DNA of 64,000 bases, from the NCBI GenBank assembly GCA_025558095.1, contig JAIVFI010000008.1, positions 372,001 through 436,000 of the forward strand, in the 5' to 3' direction. The stretch is from Hyaloraphidium curvatum SAG 235-1 (Eukaryota > Fungi > Monoblepharomycota). A program made the translations under genes and the position numbers. This document shows positions 43,957-57,596 of this stretch, piece by piece (position 1 is the stretch's first letter; every line of letters starts with the position of its first letter). Under the pieces are notes generated by a model. The model was not told the DNA's origin, did no database searches, and saw only the letters and a program-made list of their open reading frames with translations.

Positions 43957-46900
43957 ATGGCGGGCCCGCTGCGCGACAACATCGAGATCCAGCTGAAGGA
44001 CGCCGACGAGGTCGTCGAGATCGACCTGACCGATGTCGCCGAGAACCGCGAGCTGGTCGGCCAGGTGCTCGAGCTGCTCGCGTCCAAGGAGCTCGGCGGC
44101 GGCAAGCAGGTGCCGTTCCTGTACCTCACCTTCGCGCTCGAGTTCTACAAGCGCAAGATGTTCGCCGACTTTGAGAACTTCCTGCGCATCGGCATCGAGA
44201 CCGTCGGGCGCTCGCGTGACGACGAGGTGACCGCAAACACGGACCTGCTCAGGGTGTGCCTGGCCGCATACAAGACGCGCAAGGCGCGCGGGATCCCCGA
44301 GCCCACGGAGGCAAAGCGCGCCGAGAAGAAGGCGCTGCACGAGGAGGCCATCCAGACGCTGAACGATGCCACGTCGCGGAACCCGTTCGTCATCCTGGGC
44401 AAGAGCTTGCTCCTGATTTCCCAGGCCGACTACGACAACGCCATGAGCATGGTGGCCCAGTTTGCGCGGGGGAGCGCCAACACGGTCGCGCTGCTGGCTC
44501 GGGTGGGCTGCACCGCATCCCCCTCGCTGCCGCGTGTCTGAACGTGCCGGCAACAGGCTGGGCTTCTCTACCACAAGAAGGAGTACAAGGCTGCCCTCTC
44601 GGCGTACCAGACGGTGCTGCGCATGGCCCCCAAGATGAAGCGGCCGAACCCGCGGATCGGAATAGGCCTGTGCTACTACCAGCTGGGCCACATTGCCGAG
44701 GCGAGGAAGGCGCTCCTGCGGGCCGAGGAGATGGTGGGCTGCGGCTCGCGTGTCCTGCCGATCCCCGGCTCATCCTCTTGCTCCCTTCCAGGACCGGTCG
44801 AACGACGCCGTCGCCGCCGTGCTGATGCAGATGGACCTCGCCGCCTTCAAGACCCAGACCAACGCCGAGGACAAGGCCGCGTGCATGGCCTCGGCGCAGG
44901 AGCGGTACCGGACCGCGCGGCAGCTCAACAACAAGAGCGCCGCGGCAAACCTGTTCCGCGCCGAACAGCTCTTCCTGGCCGGGGACCTCGCGCAGGCGCG
45001 CGGCTACGCCAACGCCGCCTACACCAACGCGGACTTTCCCCCGATCACGGCGCGGGCGCTGCTGGTGGCCGGCAAGATCCAGCACGTGCAGGGCAACTAC
45101 GCCGCGGCCCTGAGGAACTACGAGAGGGCTCTCAACGACTGGCCGGACAGCCTGGTCGTCATGTACCTGATGGCGCAGGCGCTCATCGAGGCCAAGGACC
45201 AGGACAAGGCGGTGGAGACGATCGAGAGCGCCCTCGCGCTGGCACCGAACGAGCCCAACTTTCTCAGGGTAGGCCGGGGCTCGGAACACTTGCGATCCTT
45301 GGCTCACATCCTGCGCCACTCGCGCCCCAGCTCCTCATCAGCATCTACGCCAAGCGCGAGGCCGATCACCCCAAGGCGATGGCCAAATGGGACGTCCTGC
45401 AGTCGGTGCTGCGGCGCCAGGCTGCCGAGGCCGACACCGTGACGACGCCCAAGTCGGCCGGCCCGGCGGTGGAGGTGCTCCCGTTCGAGCACGTCGTCGA
45501 CCCGGACTTTTGCCTCGAGCTCGCACAGCTTCACGAGGAGCTGGGGAGGACCGAGCTGGCATTCCAAGCCTACCGCCAGGCTGCGACCCTGATCGAGAAC
45601 GAAGGCCGGGAAGTGCCGGTCGAGATCTGGAACAACCTGGCCGCGCTGGCGCAAATGCAAGGTGGGTCCGATCCGTCGGGCTCGTGGCTCAATTCTCATC
45701 CCTCGCGGCAAAAGGCAACATGGAGGTCGCACAAGCCAACTACCAGAAGGCGTTGCAGGGCGTGACGGAGAAGCAGGGCGAGAAGGAGGACTCGGCAGGC
45801 ACCACGGTGCTCTACAACATCGGGCGCATGTACGAGACCCTCGGGGAGCCGGACAAGGCCGCGGGTTACTTTACCAAGGTCGTGGAACGGCATCCGCGAT
45901 ATCACGACGGTGAGCACTAGACGGCACTCGGGCAGAGGCACATGCTGACTTGTTCCCAGCATGTTTGCGCCTCGGAGCGATCGACTGGGGCAAGGGTCGG
46001 TCTACGGACGCCAAGAACCGGTTCACCGACGTCACGGACATCGATGAAACCAACGTGGAGGCGTGGATCATGATCGGCCTGCTTCAGTACAGCGAGGGGC
46101 AGCTTCTGCTCAGTCGCCAGACCTTTGACAAGATCCTGGGAGTCGACAAGAACGAGCTGTACGCGCTGGTCCAGCTGGGGAATATTCTCGTGGAGGATTC
46201 GCGCACCGAGAAGAGCAAAACAAAGGTCGGTGTAGGCTGCACATGGCTTCTGTCAACCTTATTGACTCGGCTGCCTCAGCGCGCCGAGCTATTGAGCAAA
46301 GCGCTAAGCGCGTACATGCGCACCATCTCGATCGACGAGTTCAACAGCTATGCGGCCAACGGCATCGGCATCGTGTGCGCGGAGAGTGGCGACTTTGCCG
46401 AGGCGGAGCGGACTTTCGAGATGCTCAAGCACAATGCTCCCAACCTCCCCTGGGCGAGGGTCAACCGCGGCCACGCGCTCGTCGAACTCGGTGTGAACCA
46501 GTCGGATTCGGACCAGGCCGGTGCGGAGAAGCAGCGACAGTACTTTCAAACGGCGATCACCGAGGTTTGTGGCATCACAGCTCGCACTTGCGATTCCTGA
46601 CACGGACTCCCTAGTTCGAGACGTCGTTCCGGATACACCCGAAGACGAGGACGTGGCAGACGCTGCTCGCGCTGGCCAGGGCGTACTACATCATCGGCCG
46701 GTCGGAAAAGAACGTCGACAACCTGATGACGGCGCTGCAACACGCGGAGGAGGCCCAGAAGCTGAATCCGAACAGCAAGGATCTGCAGCACGACATCGCG
46801 CAGATCAAGCTCTTCTACGGCTTCTCCATGGAGCAGAGGAACAAGGACCAGCGTACGGTGGAGGACCTTGAGCGCGCGCTGGAATTCATGAAGGCCGCCG

Positions 46901-47914
46901 GAACGTGGGTGCGGGGTTGCTCCCGAAGGTCATTTTCTGACGCATCGCTCGCAGGACGTTCCGCACGATGAGCGCAGAAAAGCCCTCGTCGGAGCTCCAC
47001 ATCGAGCACAACACGCTCAAAGTGAAGGCCGAGTACTGCGAAAAGACTGCAAACGACCTCAAGCAGACGATCGACAAGCAGCGTGCGTTTGAGCGGGAAA
47101 GGGCGGAGCAAAAGGAGAAGGCAGAGCAGCTGCGCGAGCTCGAACGCCGCATGCGCGAGGAGGAGGAGGAGCAAGTGCGCCTCAAGAAGCAGCAGGAGAA
47201 CGAGGCTCTCTACCAGAAGCGTCGGCAGGACATCGCGGAGAAGGAACAGCAAATCCAGCGCGAACGCGAACGCGAGGCCGAGCTGGCTCGCCAGCGCGAG
47301 CAGAAGAAGGGATCTCGCAAGAGCAAGAAACGGGACGCGGATTCCGATGGCGGGGCGTCGTCGGGCGAATCGGATGCGGAGCGCAAGACGTCTCGCAAGC
47401 GCGCGCAGAGCAAGTCCGAGAGCGAAGAAGAGGACAAGAGGTACGTCGCGCCACCTTCCGAGTGTGTCGTAGCCTTCCTGACCACATTGCTTTCAGGCCA
47501 AAGGGGAAGAAGGCAAAACGCAAGCGGAGGGAAGAGAGCGCCGAGTCGGCGGACTCGGACGCCCCAGCCGCGGAGGAGCGGAAACGTGTGAAGAAGAAGA
47601 AGCCGCTCTCGGAGGAAGTCGTGCGTGAAGATGTTTCCGACGAGGACATGGAGGACGCGGAGAAGCCCGAGCAAGGAACTCCTCGGGGAAAACTGAAGAG
47701 GCGGAACGTGAAATCGGACACCGAGGATTCCGCGGCAGGAGAACCGCCGGAACCCAGTTCTGGGCGGTCAAGGGAGGACCATGCCTCGGGTCTTGCGAAA
47801 GAGGAGGAGCCGGAACGGGCTGCAGCGGCCCCGAAGCCCGACAGCGACGATGATGATGGGGTGGCCGTGAAGAAACGGCGGAAGGCAGTCGCGCTGTCCG
47901 ACGATGAGGAGTGA
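43957..47914 (+). CDS. CTR9: PAF1 complex TPR subunit Ctr9 (multi-exon)
   Basis: IEIQLKDADEVVEIDL, PRIGIGLCYYQLG, VPVEIWNNLAAL, TTVLYNIGR and NSYAANGIGIV, followed by a charged C-terminal tail. Confidence 0.9.
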
Positions 47915-47976
47915 ATGAATACCATTACGCTGTATGTACATTGACCGTCTATTCCATCTTTTTCTCTTGATTGTGA

Positions 47977-50900
47977 TCAGAAGAGCCCGATCGGCTTGCC
48001 ATCATCATCGACGTCCTGCAACAAGGTGTGAGCGCGCAGCAACACCATGCTTGAAACATCACTCACGATGTTGAAGAATCCGGGTCGCGTGGGGAGCCCC
48101 GGCATGGTGCTCATTTCGCCAAGGAGAGGGTAAAGGAAGCCTGCCCCCACGCTTGCCCTGATATCGCGGACGGGCACGATAAAGTCTGGTGATCGGAAAG
48201 TCGATTCAGCGTCCCATTCGTGGCCGACACGACACCCCGAAACTCACCCGACGGGGCTCCCTTGAGTTTCGGGTCGTGCGAGAAGCTGTACTGGGTCTTG
48301 GCCATGCAAATCGGAAGGTTTCCGAAGCCTTGGGCAGTGTAGGTCTGTATCTTCTCCTGGGCGAGCGGGCTGTATTCCACGCCCTTTGCGCCGTAGATTT
48401 CGCGGCAAATGGTCTCGATCTTGGCCTCGATCGGCAACTCAACGTCGTAAAGGTACTTGAACTTGGTAGGTAGCTCGCATGCGTCCACCACCGCCTTTGC
48501 CAGATCGGCCGCACCCGCCCCTGTCAGATGGGAGTAAGGATCAGCTTCTCTTCTTGGTCCCGGATTCCTTGACGACCCCACCGCCCTTGCCCCAGTGCTC
48601 GCAAACGACGGCGGCCTGTGCGCCAGCCTTGACCGCCTCGTTCTTGACGATCTCCAACTCCTTATCCGTGTCCGCCCTGTTCGGATTGAACAATCAGTTT
48701 CGCCCTCTAGGAAACGCCGAATGAAGCTCACGTGAACCGGTTGATGGCCACGACAACAGGCACCCCAAACTTGTTTGCGTTCTGAATGTGCCTTACCATG
48801 TTGGCACAGCCCTTCTCCACGAGCTCCAGGCCTTCCTTCTGGTATTCTTCCGGGATGGGCTTCCCTGCGACAACCTCCGGCCCGCCCCCGTGCATCTTCA
48901 GAGCTTTGACAGTCGTCACGAGAACGACCGCGTCAGGCACAAGGTTGCTCGCCCGGCACTTGATGTCGAAGAACTTCTCCATGCCCATGTCCGCACCGAA
49001 GCCAGCTTCGGTGACAACATAGCCTGCCTCCTGCTTTGGGTCCGCTGGATCAGTTCCGGCGAGCTTCAAGGCAATCTGGTCCGAGATGATCGACGAGTTT
49101 CCGTGGGCGATGTTGGCGAAAGGTCCTGCATGGACAAACACCGGGGTGCCCTAAACGAAAACGAGAATTCGATCAATGGCATCCAGGCGTCTGATTGAGG
49201 AGAACGAACCTCGAGCGTCTGCATCAGATTCGGCTTGATAGCGTCTTTCATGAGCAAAGTCAGGGCTCCACCGACACCAAGGTCATCGGCCGTGATGGGT
49301 TCCCCAGACTTGGAGCTGCCAATCACCATCCGCCCCAACCTCTCCCGCATGTCCTTCAGATCCGTCGTCAGCGCGAGGACAGCCATGACCTCGCTTGCGA
49401 CGCTGATATCGTAGCCAGTTTCCCGCGTGAATCCCTTCTCCGCGGCCCCTTGGCCAACGGTGATCTTTCGCAGGAAGCGATCGTTCGTGTCCGTCACACG
49501 TTGCCACGTTATAGACGCGGGATCAATGTCCAAACGAGCAAAACGAGTGATCTCCTCCGGGGTGAGATCCTCTGGCTGTGTCTTGTTTATGCCGAGTTTC
49601 TGCGACAGGCAACTATCAGCTCCGGTCGAGCGTTGTGCGTTAGGACGGGATGACGAAACCTTCAGACGCCGCAGCATCACCGGGGCGAAGCTTCGCTTGC
49701 CCTTCTGCATGGGGCACAACCGGTTGAACAGGTCCGCGTCCTTCTGAGTCGCCTCGTGGAACATCCTAGCATCAATGGCAGCGGCTGAGGCACGACAGAA
49801 CACCGGTCAGGGCGAGGTAAAGCAGCGCCGCGCTGCTCTCGTACCAAGAAGATTGTTTGCGGCCGTCACGGCATGAATGTCACCCGTGAGATGGAGGTTG
49901 AACTCGTCCATGGGAATGACCTGGGAATAACCTCCACCAGCAGCACCGCCCTTGATGCCAAATGTCGGTCCCTGACTCGGTTGTCGAACGCAGCAGAAGG
50001 AGAGCTTCTTCAGCTGGGAACCAAGCGCTTGGCAAAGTCCGACGGAAGTCGTCGATTTGCCCTCCCCGAGCGGCGTCGGGGTGATGCTGGGACCGGATTC
50101 GTCAGTGGGAATCGAAAGCGAGCGACACAGCGCCTAACCCGGTCACGACAATGTAGCGTCCATCTTTACGGTGCTGGAGCCTCTTGAGCACCGACAACGA
50201 AACCTTGGCTTTGTAGGGACCGTGAAGCTCCAACTGCGAAACAGGACTTAGAACAGTCCGCCAAAGCACGCTGCTGGAGCAACGAACCTCGGATTGAAGA
50301 AGCCCAAGCTCCTGAGCAAGCCTCGCCACGTTCTTCGGCTTCTGGGCCATGGCGATGTCGATGTCGCTGGGGACAGGGCTCTTGATGTCCAGCTCTAGGT
50401 ACGAGAGCGGCTTGGCGAAGCTGCCCATGAAGCGCTTGGCGCTGGCAACAGTGTTGGAAAGCAAAAGAGCGACAGTCATAGGCCCCACCCCCTTGGGAAC
50501 GGGGGTAATGTGCGAGGCCACTTGGGAACAGGATTCGAAATCGCAATCGCCGACCCAGCGGAATCCGGCCTTTTTGGTGCTGTCTGGAGCCCCAGCTGTC
50601 AGTTTGCCCCGTTTAGAACAGCAATGACGGCAAACATACCTGGCAGCGGGTTCGTCCCGACGTCAATAACAACAGCGCCAGGCTTCAGCCACGACCCCTT
50701 GACCATCTGAGCCTTTCCAATCGCGGCGACCACGATGTCGGCGTTCTTGACGACCGCCTCAAGGTCCGGGGTCCGCGAGTGAGCCACAGTGACGGTGGCA
50801 TTCGCTTTCGTGAGGAGATGTGCCATGGGTCCGCCGACGATGTTGCTCCGTCCGATCACGACCGCCGTTTTGCCAGAAATCTCCGTGCCTTCGAACCCGG

Positions 50901-51667
50901 AATGAGACGACATTCAGCAATTGCCGGCACAATGCGCACCAGTGCTTCGGATGAGTTCCAGGCAACCCAGAGGAGTGCAGGGGACGAACATGGGGTGCCC
51001 ATCCTTTTGCGCCAACGCACCGGCATTCACAGTGTGGATCCTGCGGGGCACTCGTGAGGTCGATCCTTCAGCAGAGGCAGAAGTAGTCACCCGTCCACAT
51101 CCTTCCTGTAGTCGATGGAGTCGGTGACAGACTTCTCGTCCAGGTGCGCTGGAAGCGGCAGCTGAACCAGGATCCCGTGTACGCCACTGTCCTCATTCAA
51201 GGTCTCGATCTCCGTAATGAGCTGCAGCGAAACATCCTCGTAAGACGCGAACCGCGACGGAGCCACAAGGAAGGCGAACCCGAGCTTCTGTCACGTCCGC
51301 AGGCAGCTTCACGAAACTCGTCTTGATTCCACACTGTTGCCGGTCCAATGAGCCCTCGGCACGAAAGTAGAATCCTAGGTTCACAATCCCACCTGGGCAG
51401 CCGCCTGAATCTTCATGCGCACGTACAGCGACGAGTCTTCCCGGTCTCCGACCTGGACGATGGCCAGGTGGGGCGCAAAAGACTCATTCGTCTTCTTGAT
51501 CTCCTCCACTTCGGCCTTTAACTTTTCTCGGATCTGGCTGTTTCCCCAAGGGTGCAGATGTGTCTTCAGATCCTCTGGGAGCCCGGGCAGGCACGTCTCG
51601 GAACAACTGACCCCGCAATGGCCTGTCCATCAATGAGCTTGCCCACGGCACCGTTCTCAGCAGCCAT
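47977..51667 (-). CDS. ADE3: Trifunctional C1-tetrahydrofolate synthase (multi-exon)
   Basis: [77 protein letters not shown]. Confidence 0.96.
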
Positions 51668-51988
51668 TGGTAAAATTAATCGGCTTCCAAATACTTGGCG
51701 GGCGTGCCTCTTGAGTCCGTGGTCCGCGAGTGAGGACGAGGACCTCGCGGTACCGCGGAACCGGAACCGAGGAGAGCCGACGACTACCGCGCGTCGTTCT
51801 GCGAGCCCGCCGCAAGCCGGTGGCCCTCGGCAGCAGAATGCGGTCCACGGGACCCGATGAAAAGGCCCGAAAGAGCCTCTGGCCACGCGAAAAGAGGCCA
51901 CGGCGCCGTTGTGGGCCAGTCGTTCTGTTTGTTGTTGTTCGAGCCGACTCATCACCTCATTCCGCGCTCGGTCCATCTACACGCTCTG

Positions 51989-54900
51989 CTAGGTTTCGGT
52001 TTCGGCAAACTCGCAGTCCATGGCTGATTCCTCCGTATCATCTACGCCTGCGTTGAATTGAAGCATGTACCAGAACGTGTGCACAATCGGAAGCATCGCC
52101 CGCGGTGCGAATGCGTCCGGTGCAGCTTCTTCGGCGCGCGTCTCGTCCAGCCAGGACCGCTCCATGGCCGCATGCAGTTCCCGGAGGCCGTCGATATCCG
52201 CGGTCTTCTTCTTCGAGTGGTTCGCCGGCACACACACAGTGAGCTCCCTCAGCCGGAGGGATTCGGGCTTGGTCGTCTGAGCGCAGGATCGCTTGATGTC
52301 TTCCAGCACCAGCATCGTCAGCGGGATCAGCCGCGTGCGCGTGCCCGGTTCTGCCGCAGCGGGTTCGCCGCGACCTTCCGGGGCTGAACGCAGCTCGTCC
52401 ATGGTCGGGCAAACGGTGCGATCGACGCGCACGTCCCGCACACCGACAATCAAGAAGCCCCCGTCCTTCAGCCGCGACACTGCCGAGCGCGCGGCATCCG
52501 AAACCACACCTCGATATGCTTGGATCCAATCGCCGGCCGGCAGGATGGCTTCTGGGCCAAAGGCCAGTGGCGGGACGAGGATCAGGTCCAATTTGGCAGC
52601 CTGAGGGACCTGCACGGTTGGCGCCTTGCGCCATAGGTCCAAGTGGCTCCCAGGCTCCGGATCCGGTATCGGGAGCAAGCCAAATTCCTTCATCTTCAAA
52701 CGGTTGGCGGCGACCTTTGCGAACCGAGCCTGCTCGTACTCTGACAGCTCCTCCCGAGGCTCTGGCTCGTCGGATTTCTCTTCGACCGCAAGTGCCGGCA
52801 GGCCCATCGTTGCAGGGAACGAGCATACGCGAGCGTCTTTGAACGAGCGCAGCGCGATTGCGGTTCCGAATGCGCTCAAGTCATGAACCTCACAGAGTTG
52901 TTCGTTCCTCCCAAATCGCTCGAGGATGCGCGAAACTGAAAGCTCTTCGAAGGACGCAATCCCATCGAAGCTCGGTATCTCCCACAGAGTCCCCCGAGCC
53001 CCGGAACCTCGATCTCGGAGGAGGAAAGGAAGCCTCTTGACGCAGATCGTCCGCGGCACCCTCGAGATGAGCTCCTGCACGTCGCTTGGGAGATCGAAGC
53101 GGTGATGCTCACCCGCAGGAACCTTGCGAACAATGGCAACCAGCTCGTGATTGAAGAATTGGAACCCGAAAGTCGAGGACAAGACTTTCCCCAGGGGCGA
53201 GTGCTCCATGAATCTCTGCCCCTTCACGATAAGCTCCTCAACTTCGAAACCGGCGTCGAGAAAGGCGCGGACGAGATCAAAGGTGATGGGCTGATATATC
53301 CGGTTTCTGGATCCGAACGTCAGAGCACCCTCCCGAACAAGCTGTGGAAAAGCCTACCGCCGATTGTCGCCCATGCAGAGAGTCGCCCTTCTCCAGGGCC
53401 TCAGCAAACGGTACGCCTCGCGTGCGACAGCCTGCAGAGCCTCGCAGAACAGAACGGGGCTACTGATGTGGGACAGGTCCCCAGGAACATCGTCTGTGTA
53501 GCGGATGGCGTTCTTGTACGGCGGATGGCAGAGCACGTGGTCAAAGGCACCCTCCTCCACTTGGGGCACGGCACCCAGGAATCGAGCATCGCCCACAACG
53601 AGTTTGGGCCGGTGCGCGGGGGTGATGCCGTGCGAGCCTGCTGGCAAGGCGAAGTGGAGGTTGCGCCTCGAGAGCAGCACGGCGGAGGGATTGATGTCGA
53701 TGCCGACAAGCTTCCGCCGGAGCAGGAAGCTCTCGACTGCATCCGTGCCCTGGCCGAGAAAGTTGGAGAGGACCAGATCGTCCGGCTTGGTGTATCGGAG
53801 CAAGGACGCGCGCGGCACTTGCGGCAGCCACTGGCCATGATATGCACCCGAATGCGAAGCCCAGCGCGGAGCACGGTCCTCAATATCATAGAAGGTGGAG
53901 TCGTAGAAGAGGCTGTAGAGCTGGTCATCCGCTGGTGCGTAGCTCTTGAGCATGCTAGTTCTTGCGGACGGCGAAGTGTCCGATGCGGTTGCTCCAGGTG
54001 CTCCGAGGATGTTGCCTGAACGAGTGCTGTGCAATAAGCTACGCACGGTGTCCATTTCCTGCTGCAACGTCCCGACCGCGGCGTCCATGCTAGCTTCGAG
54101 GGCTCCCGTGCAAATGCCCGCCTTGCCGTAGCATTCCCGACAAGTCGGGAGCTCCCCAGGTATCGCCAGACTCGCGTCGAAGATTTCGTCACCCCAGCAG
54201 TAGAAGCAGCTCGTTTGCGCATTGCGAGGTCTCTTGCGAGGTCCGGGCACTTTCTGGAGAAGGATGCATCGGTCAGTTGTTGGGATGACCGCACAAGACG
54301 AACCGCTCGAATTCCCATCAGCTTGTTCCGCTCGGCTCTAACATCCACCATAGAGCTCGAAGCATCATCCTGCGCAGACTGGAACGAAGTCAAGACCCAT
54401 CGCTCGTCCTTGTGTTGCACAACGTGCTGGACATCGGGAGCGCCGGAGGCCGACTGCTTCGCTCCGAAGCAGTCTTTGCAGCAGTCCACCGTGGAGAAGG
54501 CATGATGGTCCCGGCAGGAGGCGCACGTAAACCATGTGTCATTCTGGCCGAATGCGGTCCCGCAGCCGTCGCAGCTGTAGCTTTCCTGGAATCCAAAGAG
54601 GCGCGGATCGTGCTTGGCGCACCAAAAGACCTTGCCGGACAAGAACTCGGCAGGCTTCTGGCCAGTGCATCTAACGTGAAATGACCACCTGCACTCTGGT
54701 GCGAAACATCCCACGCTGGCACCTCGGTACTGGCACTTTGCGCACTTGATCTTGCGTGCGCGGTGCTTGAGGACGTGCGCCACATTGACCCACTGGGGTC
54801 CGAACTTGAAGACATCCGGATTGAACTTAGCGCAGTTCTCATGGGCGAAGAACTTGACCACTTTTTTCCCCTCGGCATCTAAACTGAGCAGGAAGCCGAC

Positions 54901-55728
54901 GTCCGGCCCCGAGCCGATGAAAGGTCCGCTGGAACCCGCTTCCATGCCGTCGTCTTCCTTGTCGTCGTTACAGAACGCGCATATTCGACGTACGTCCGGC
55001 TTGGGCTGGATCTTTTTCTTCATGCCGCGGCGCCGCGGACGCAGCGGCCCGCTGACACCGTCGGGAGTGGGCGAAACAGCGTCAATGTCAGTGTACAGCA
55101 GTGACTCCACGTCCGTATTGAGCGTCAGGAAATCGGGTACGCAAGGGAACAGGGAACAGGTGGCCAGAGCCTTGACGGAGCGGAGAAGGAACTCCCGAGC
55201 AAACGCGCTCATGGTGTGCTCATGGTGGAACGGGAAGCGGGCACTGTAGCACTGCATGCAGAGGCTGTATGGCTCGTCCGTGCAGTAGGTGCAGTAGAAC
55301 CTAACGTGCTGTAGCCTGTTGGAGCAGACCTTGCAGCACTGTCCCTTTGCGTTCGCGAGGCTCGGATTGAACTTGAGCTGGTGCGATCCGGGCGCGGCCC
55401 GTTTTCCGCGGCCCACAAACTCGATCTCCATCGAGGGAGGTGGAGTCAGAGGCTCCAGCCCTCCTCCCGTGTCCGGCGTCCGGGGGTCCGAGGCCGTCAA
55501 GGGCAGCCCCTCCTCATCGCACACAATGAGACGCTTCGACGTAGCGGAAACCTTCTCATCCGGCCATCCTGGAACGGATTCTACGTATCTGCACACGATG
55601 GAATCGTCCTCTGGTCTGTATACAACCATACGGACGGGCCACCTTTTTCGTTTTGCGTCCACCAGGAGCGCCGAGCGATTGGGCGAGAAGAAGGGGGGCG
55701 GTTCCCGCAGCCGACGCCGGGAGGACAT
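51989..55728 (-). CDS. Chromatin-associated N6/N4 DNA methyltransferase: Tudor/chromo-barrel-like, ZZ, extended PHD, ZZ, C4 finger, MTase, KRI-like motif, degenerate second MTase
   Basis: HSGAYHGQWLPQVPR...VLSNFLGQGTD (motif I), VGIDINP, DHVLCHPPY (motif IV) and EAYRLLRP. Zinc fingers CKVC...YCTYC...CMQC, CAFC...HENC...CAKC...GASVGC...FHVRC and CDGC...CASC...CKDC. Also ELSEYEQARFAKVAANRLKM. Confidence 0.82.
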
Positions 55729-55892
55729 CGTGATGCGCGGGAATTGGATGCGGGATCGAGTCGTCGTCTGTGCGCGAAATGCAACTTCCTGCCCGCCGGA
55801 TGTGAAGGGCGCAGGACGCGTTGCTGCGATAAACCGATCCCGCCCCACGGTGACGCGAAGTCAGATCAGTGCCTCATCTGGATCGACATGGT

Positions 55893-57474
55893 CTATTCGG
55901 CGGAGAATCCTTCTGTGCCCTTCGGCAAATAGCCTTCTGTCATAAGCCTCGGATTCTCCATCAATCTCCGGTTCATCTCCACCACGGCGTCGACCTCCCG
56001 GTTCAGATCCCCCGCGATCCGCACCCAGCGCCCAGGGGTCCCTCCCGGGAACTTCTTGGTCAGCTGGCTCAGCTTCGAAACCTCCTCAGCGGTCCAAGTC
56101 GGGGAAGTATTGACGCCTTTGCCAGGCTTCGCGTCCCGTTTCGCTCCACCACCAGCCACATCTGTTTCCTCCGACGCCCGCGCTCGGCGTTGGCGAACAG
56201 CACCTGCGTCGAAATCGCCGTCCGCAGTGTCGGCCCCATCCGCGTCCGATACCGAATCGCCTTCCTCGGACGAGCTCGAGCTCGAGCTCGGTTCGGCCTT
56301 CGCCTGAAAAGGATCCAAGCGCTTGGCGGCCTCTTCCTTGCGCTTCCGCTGCTCTTCCCCGGCGGCGATGGCCTTCTGCTTCCTGCGCTGCTTCTTCTCC
56401 TCGTCCCTCTGGCGCCGCACCTCTTCCTCCGCCCGACGAGCATCCCGCTCCAGTTCCAACGCCCGCCGCTCTTCTGCATATCTCCTATCCATTTCCAGTG
56501 CCCATTCGCGCTCCTCCGCTTTGCGCTGCCGATACGCGCGGTACGAGCTCGGCAAATTATAGACTGTCCGCACGAGCCAAACCGGCAAGGTGAAAAGCCA
56601 AATGTCGCGCATGCGCGGCTTCGTCGGCTTCAGGTGGTCGACGCTGATCCCATGTGCCTCGGCAATGAGCTCCAGCGGAGTCTGCGATTTCAGCTCGCTG
56701 CGATTGACGCTGCCCCCGGTTTGCTTCTTCACGTTGCGGCGGAGCTTGCCGACGTTGATCTGGTTCACCTCCTCCATGATCTGGGCCAGCTGGTACTTGT
56801 CGTACTGGACAGCGAGAGACATGAGCCGCAGTCGCGCGCGCTTTCATGTGCTGAACCCACCGCATACTTCGCCCACCCGCTGATGAACTGCACCACGGTT
56901 GCGAAAATCGCGAGGAACACCATGACCACACCGAGGGAGGGGCGGTAACGGTGGTAGAAGTACCCCGTGCCCCTCCACTTGGGAATGCCGACCTACAAAG
57001 AGGGCCGCGGTTCAGTACTGCGGGGAACCCACCGCGGAAGGATTACCCTGAGGTGCAGATCGTAGCGTTCCCGCCCTTCGGGATCCTTCAGCAGCTCGAC
57101 GACCGAGGTCAGATGCTGGTAAAGCTCCTGCGCCGCCTTGTCCGGGTTCTTGTCCGGATGGAGCGTCAAGGCAAGCTTCCGCCAGGCCCGGCTTATGTCT
57201 CGCTCCGACGCGGAGCTCTCGACCCCGATGGCCTGGTAGAACGTGGTTCCCGGGCCCAGGGCCTTCTCGACATAGTCGTGGAGGTCAAAGATGCTGTAGT
57301 CGACCTGCCGTTAGACGCGTCAGCCTCTCTTCGGTGTCTCGGGACCCGGGGTGCCGGCAACGAATAGAACAACCCTGCCGACAATGCACCGCCGACACGA
57401 ACCTGATCGAATGCATCGACGGACCTGAAGACAGAAGAGGCGAATAGCAGCAGCAGCAAAGCTGACCGTCTCAT
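55893..57474 (-). CDS. ER membrane J-domain protein, DNAJC1/Erj5-like, with C-terminal SANT domain
   Basis: Signal peptide, WRKLALTLHPDKN, RERYD, GIPKWRGTGYFYHRYRP, a TM segment, and WTAEEVSKL...KKFPGGTPGRWVRIA. Confidence 0.88.
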
Positions 57475-57596
57475 CGCACCGAAGCGCGAAGTGGTCGCGG
57501 GGTTCTGAGAGGCGCGCGTCTGCGGTTCGCCCCAACTCGCGAAAGGGCCAGTCCGGGCCGCTGCCGAGGGCGGCCGGCGCTGACGGCCTGGGCGGG

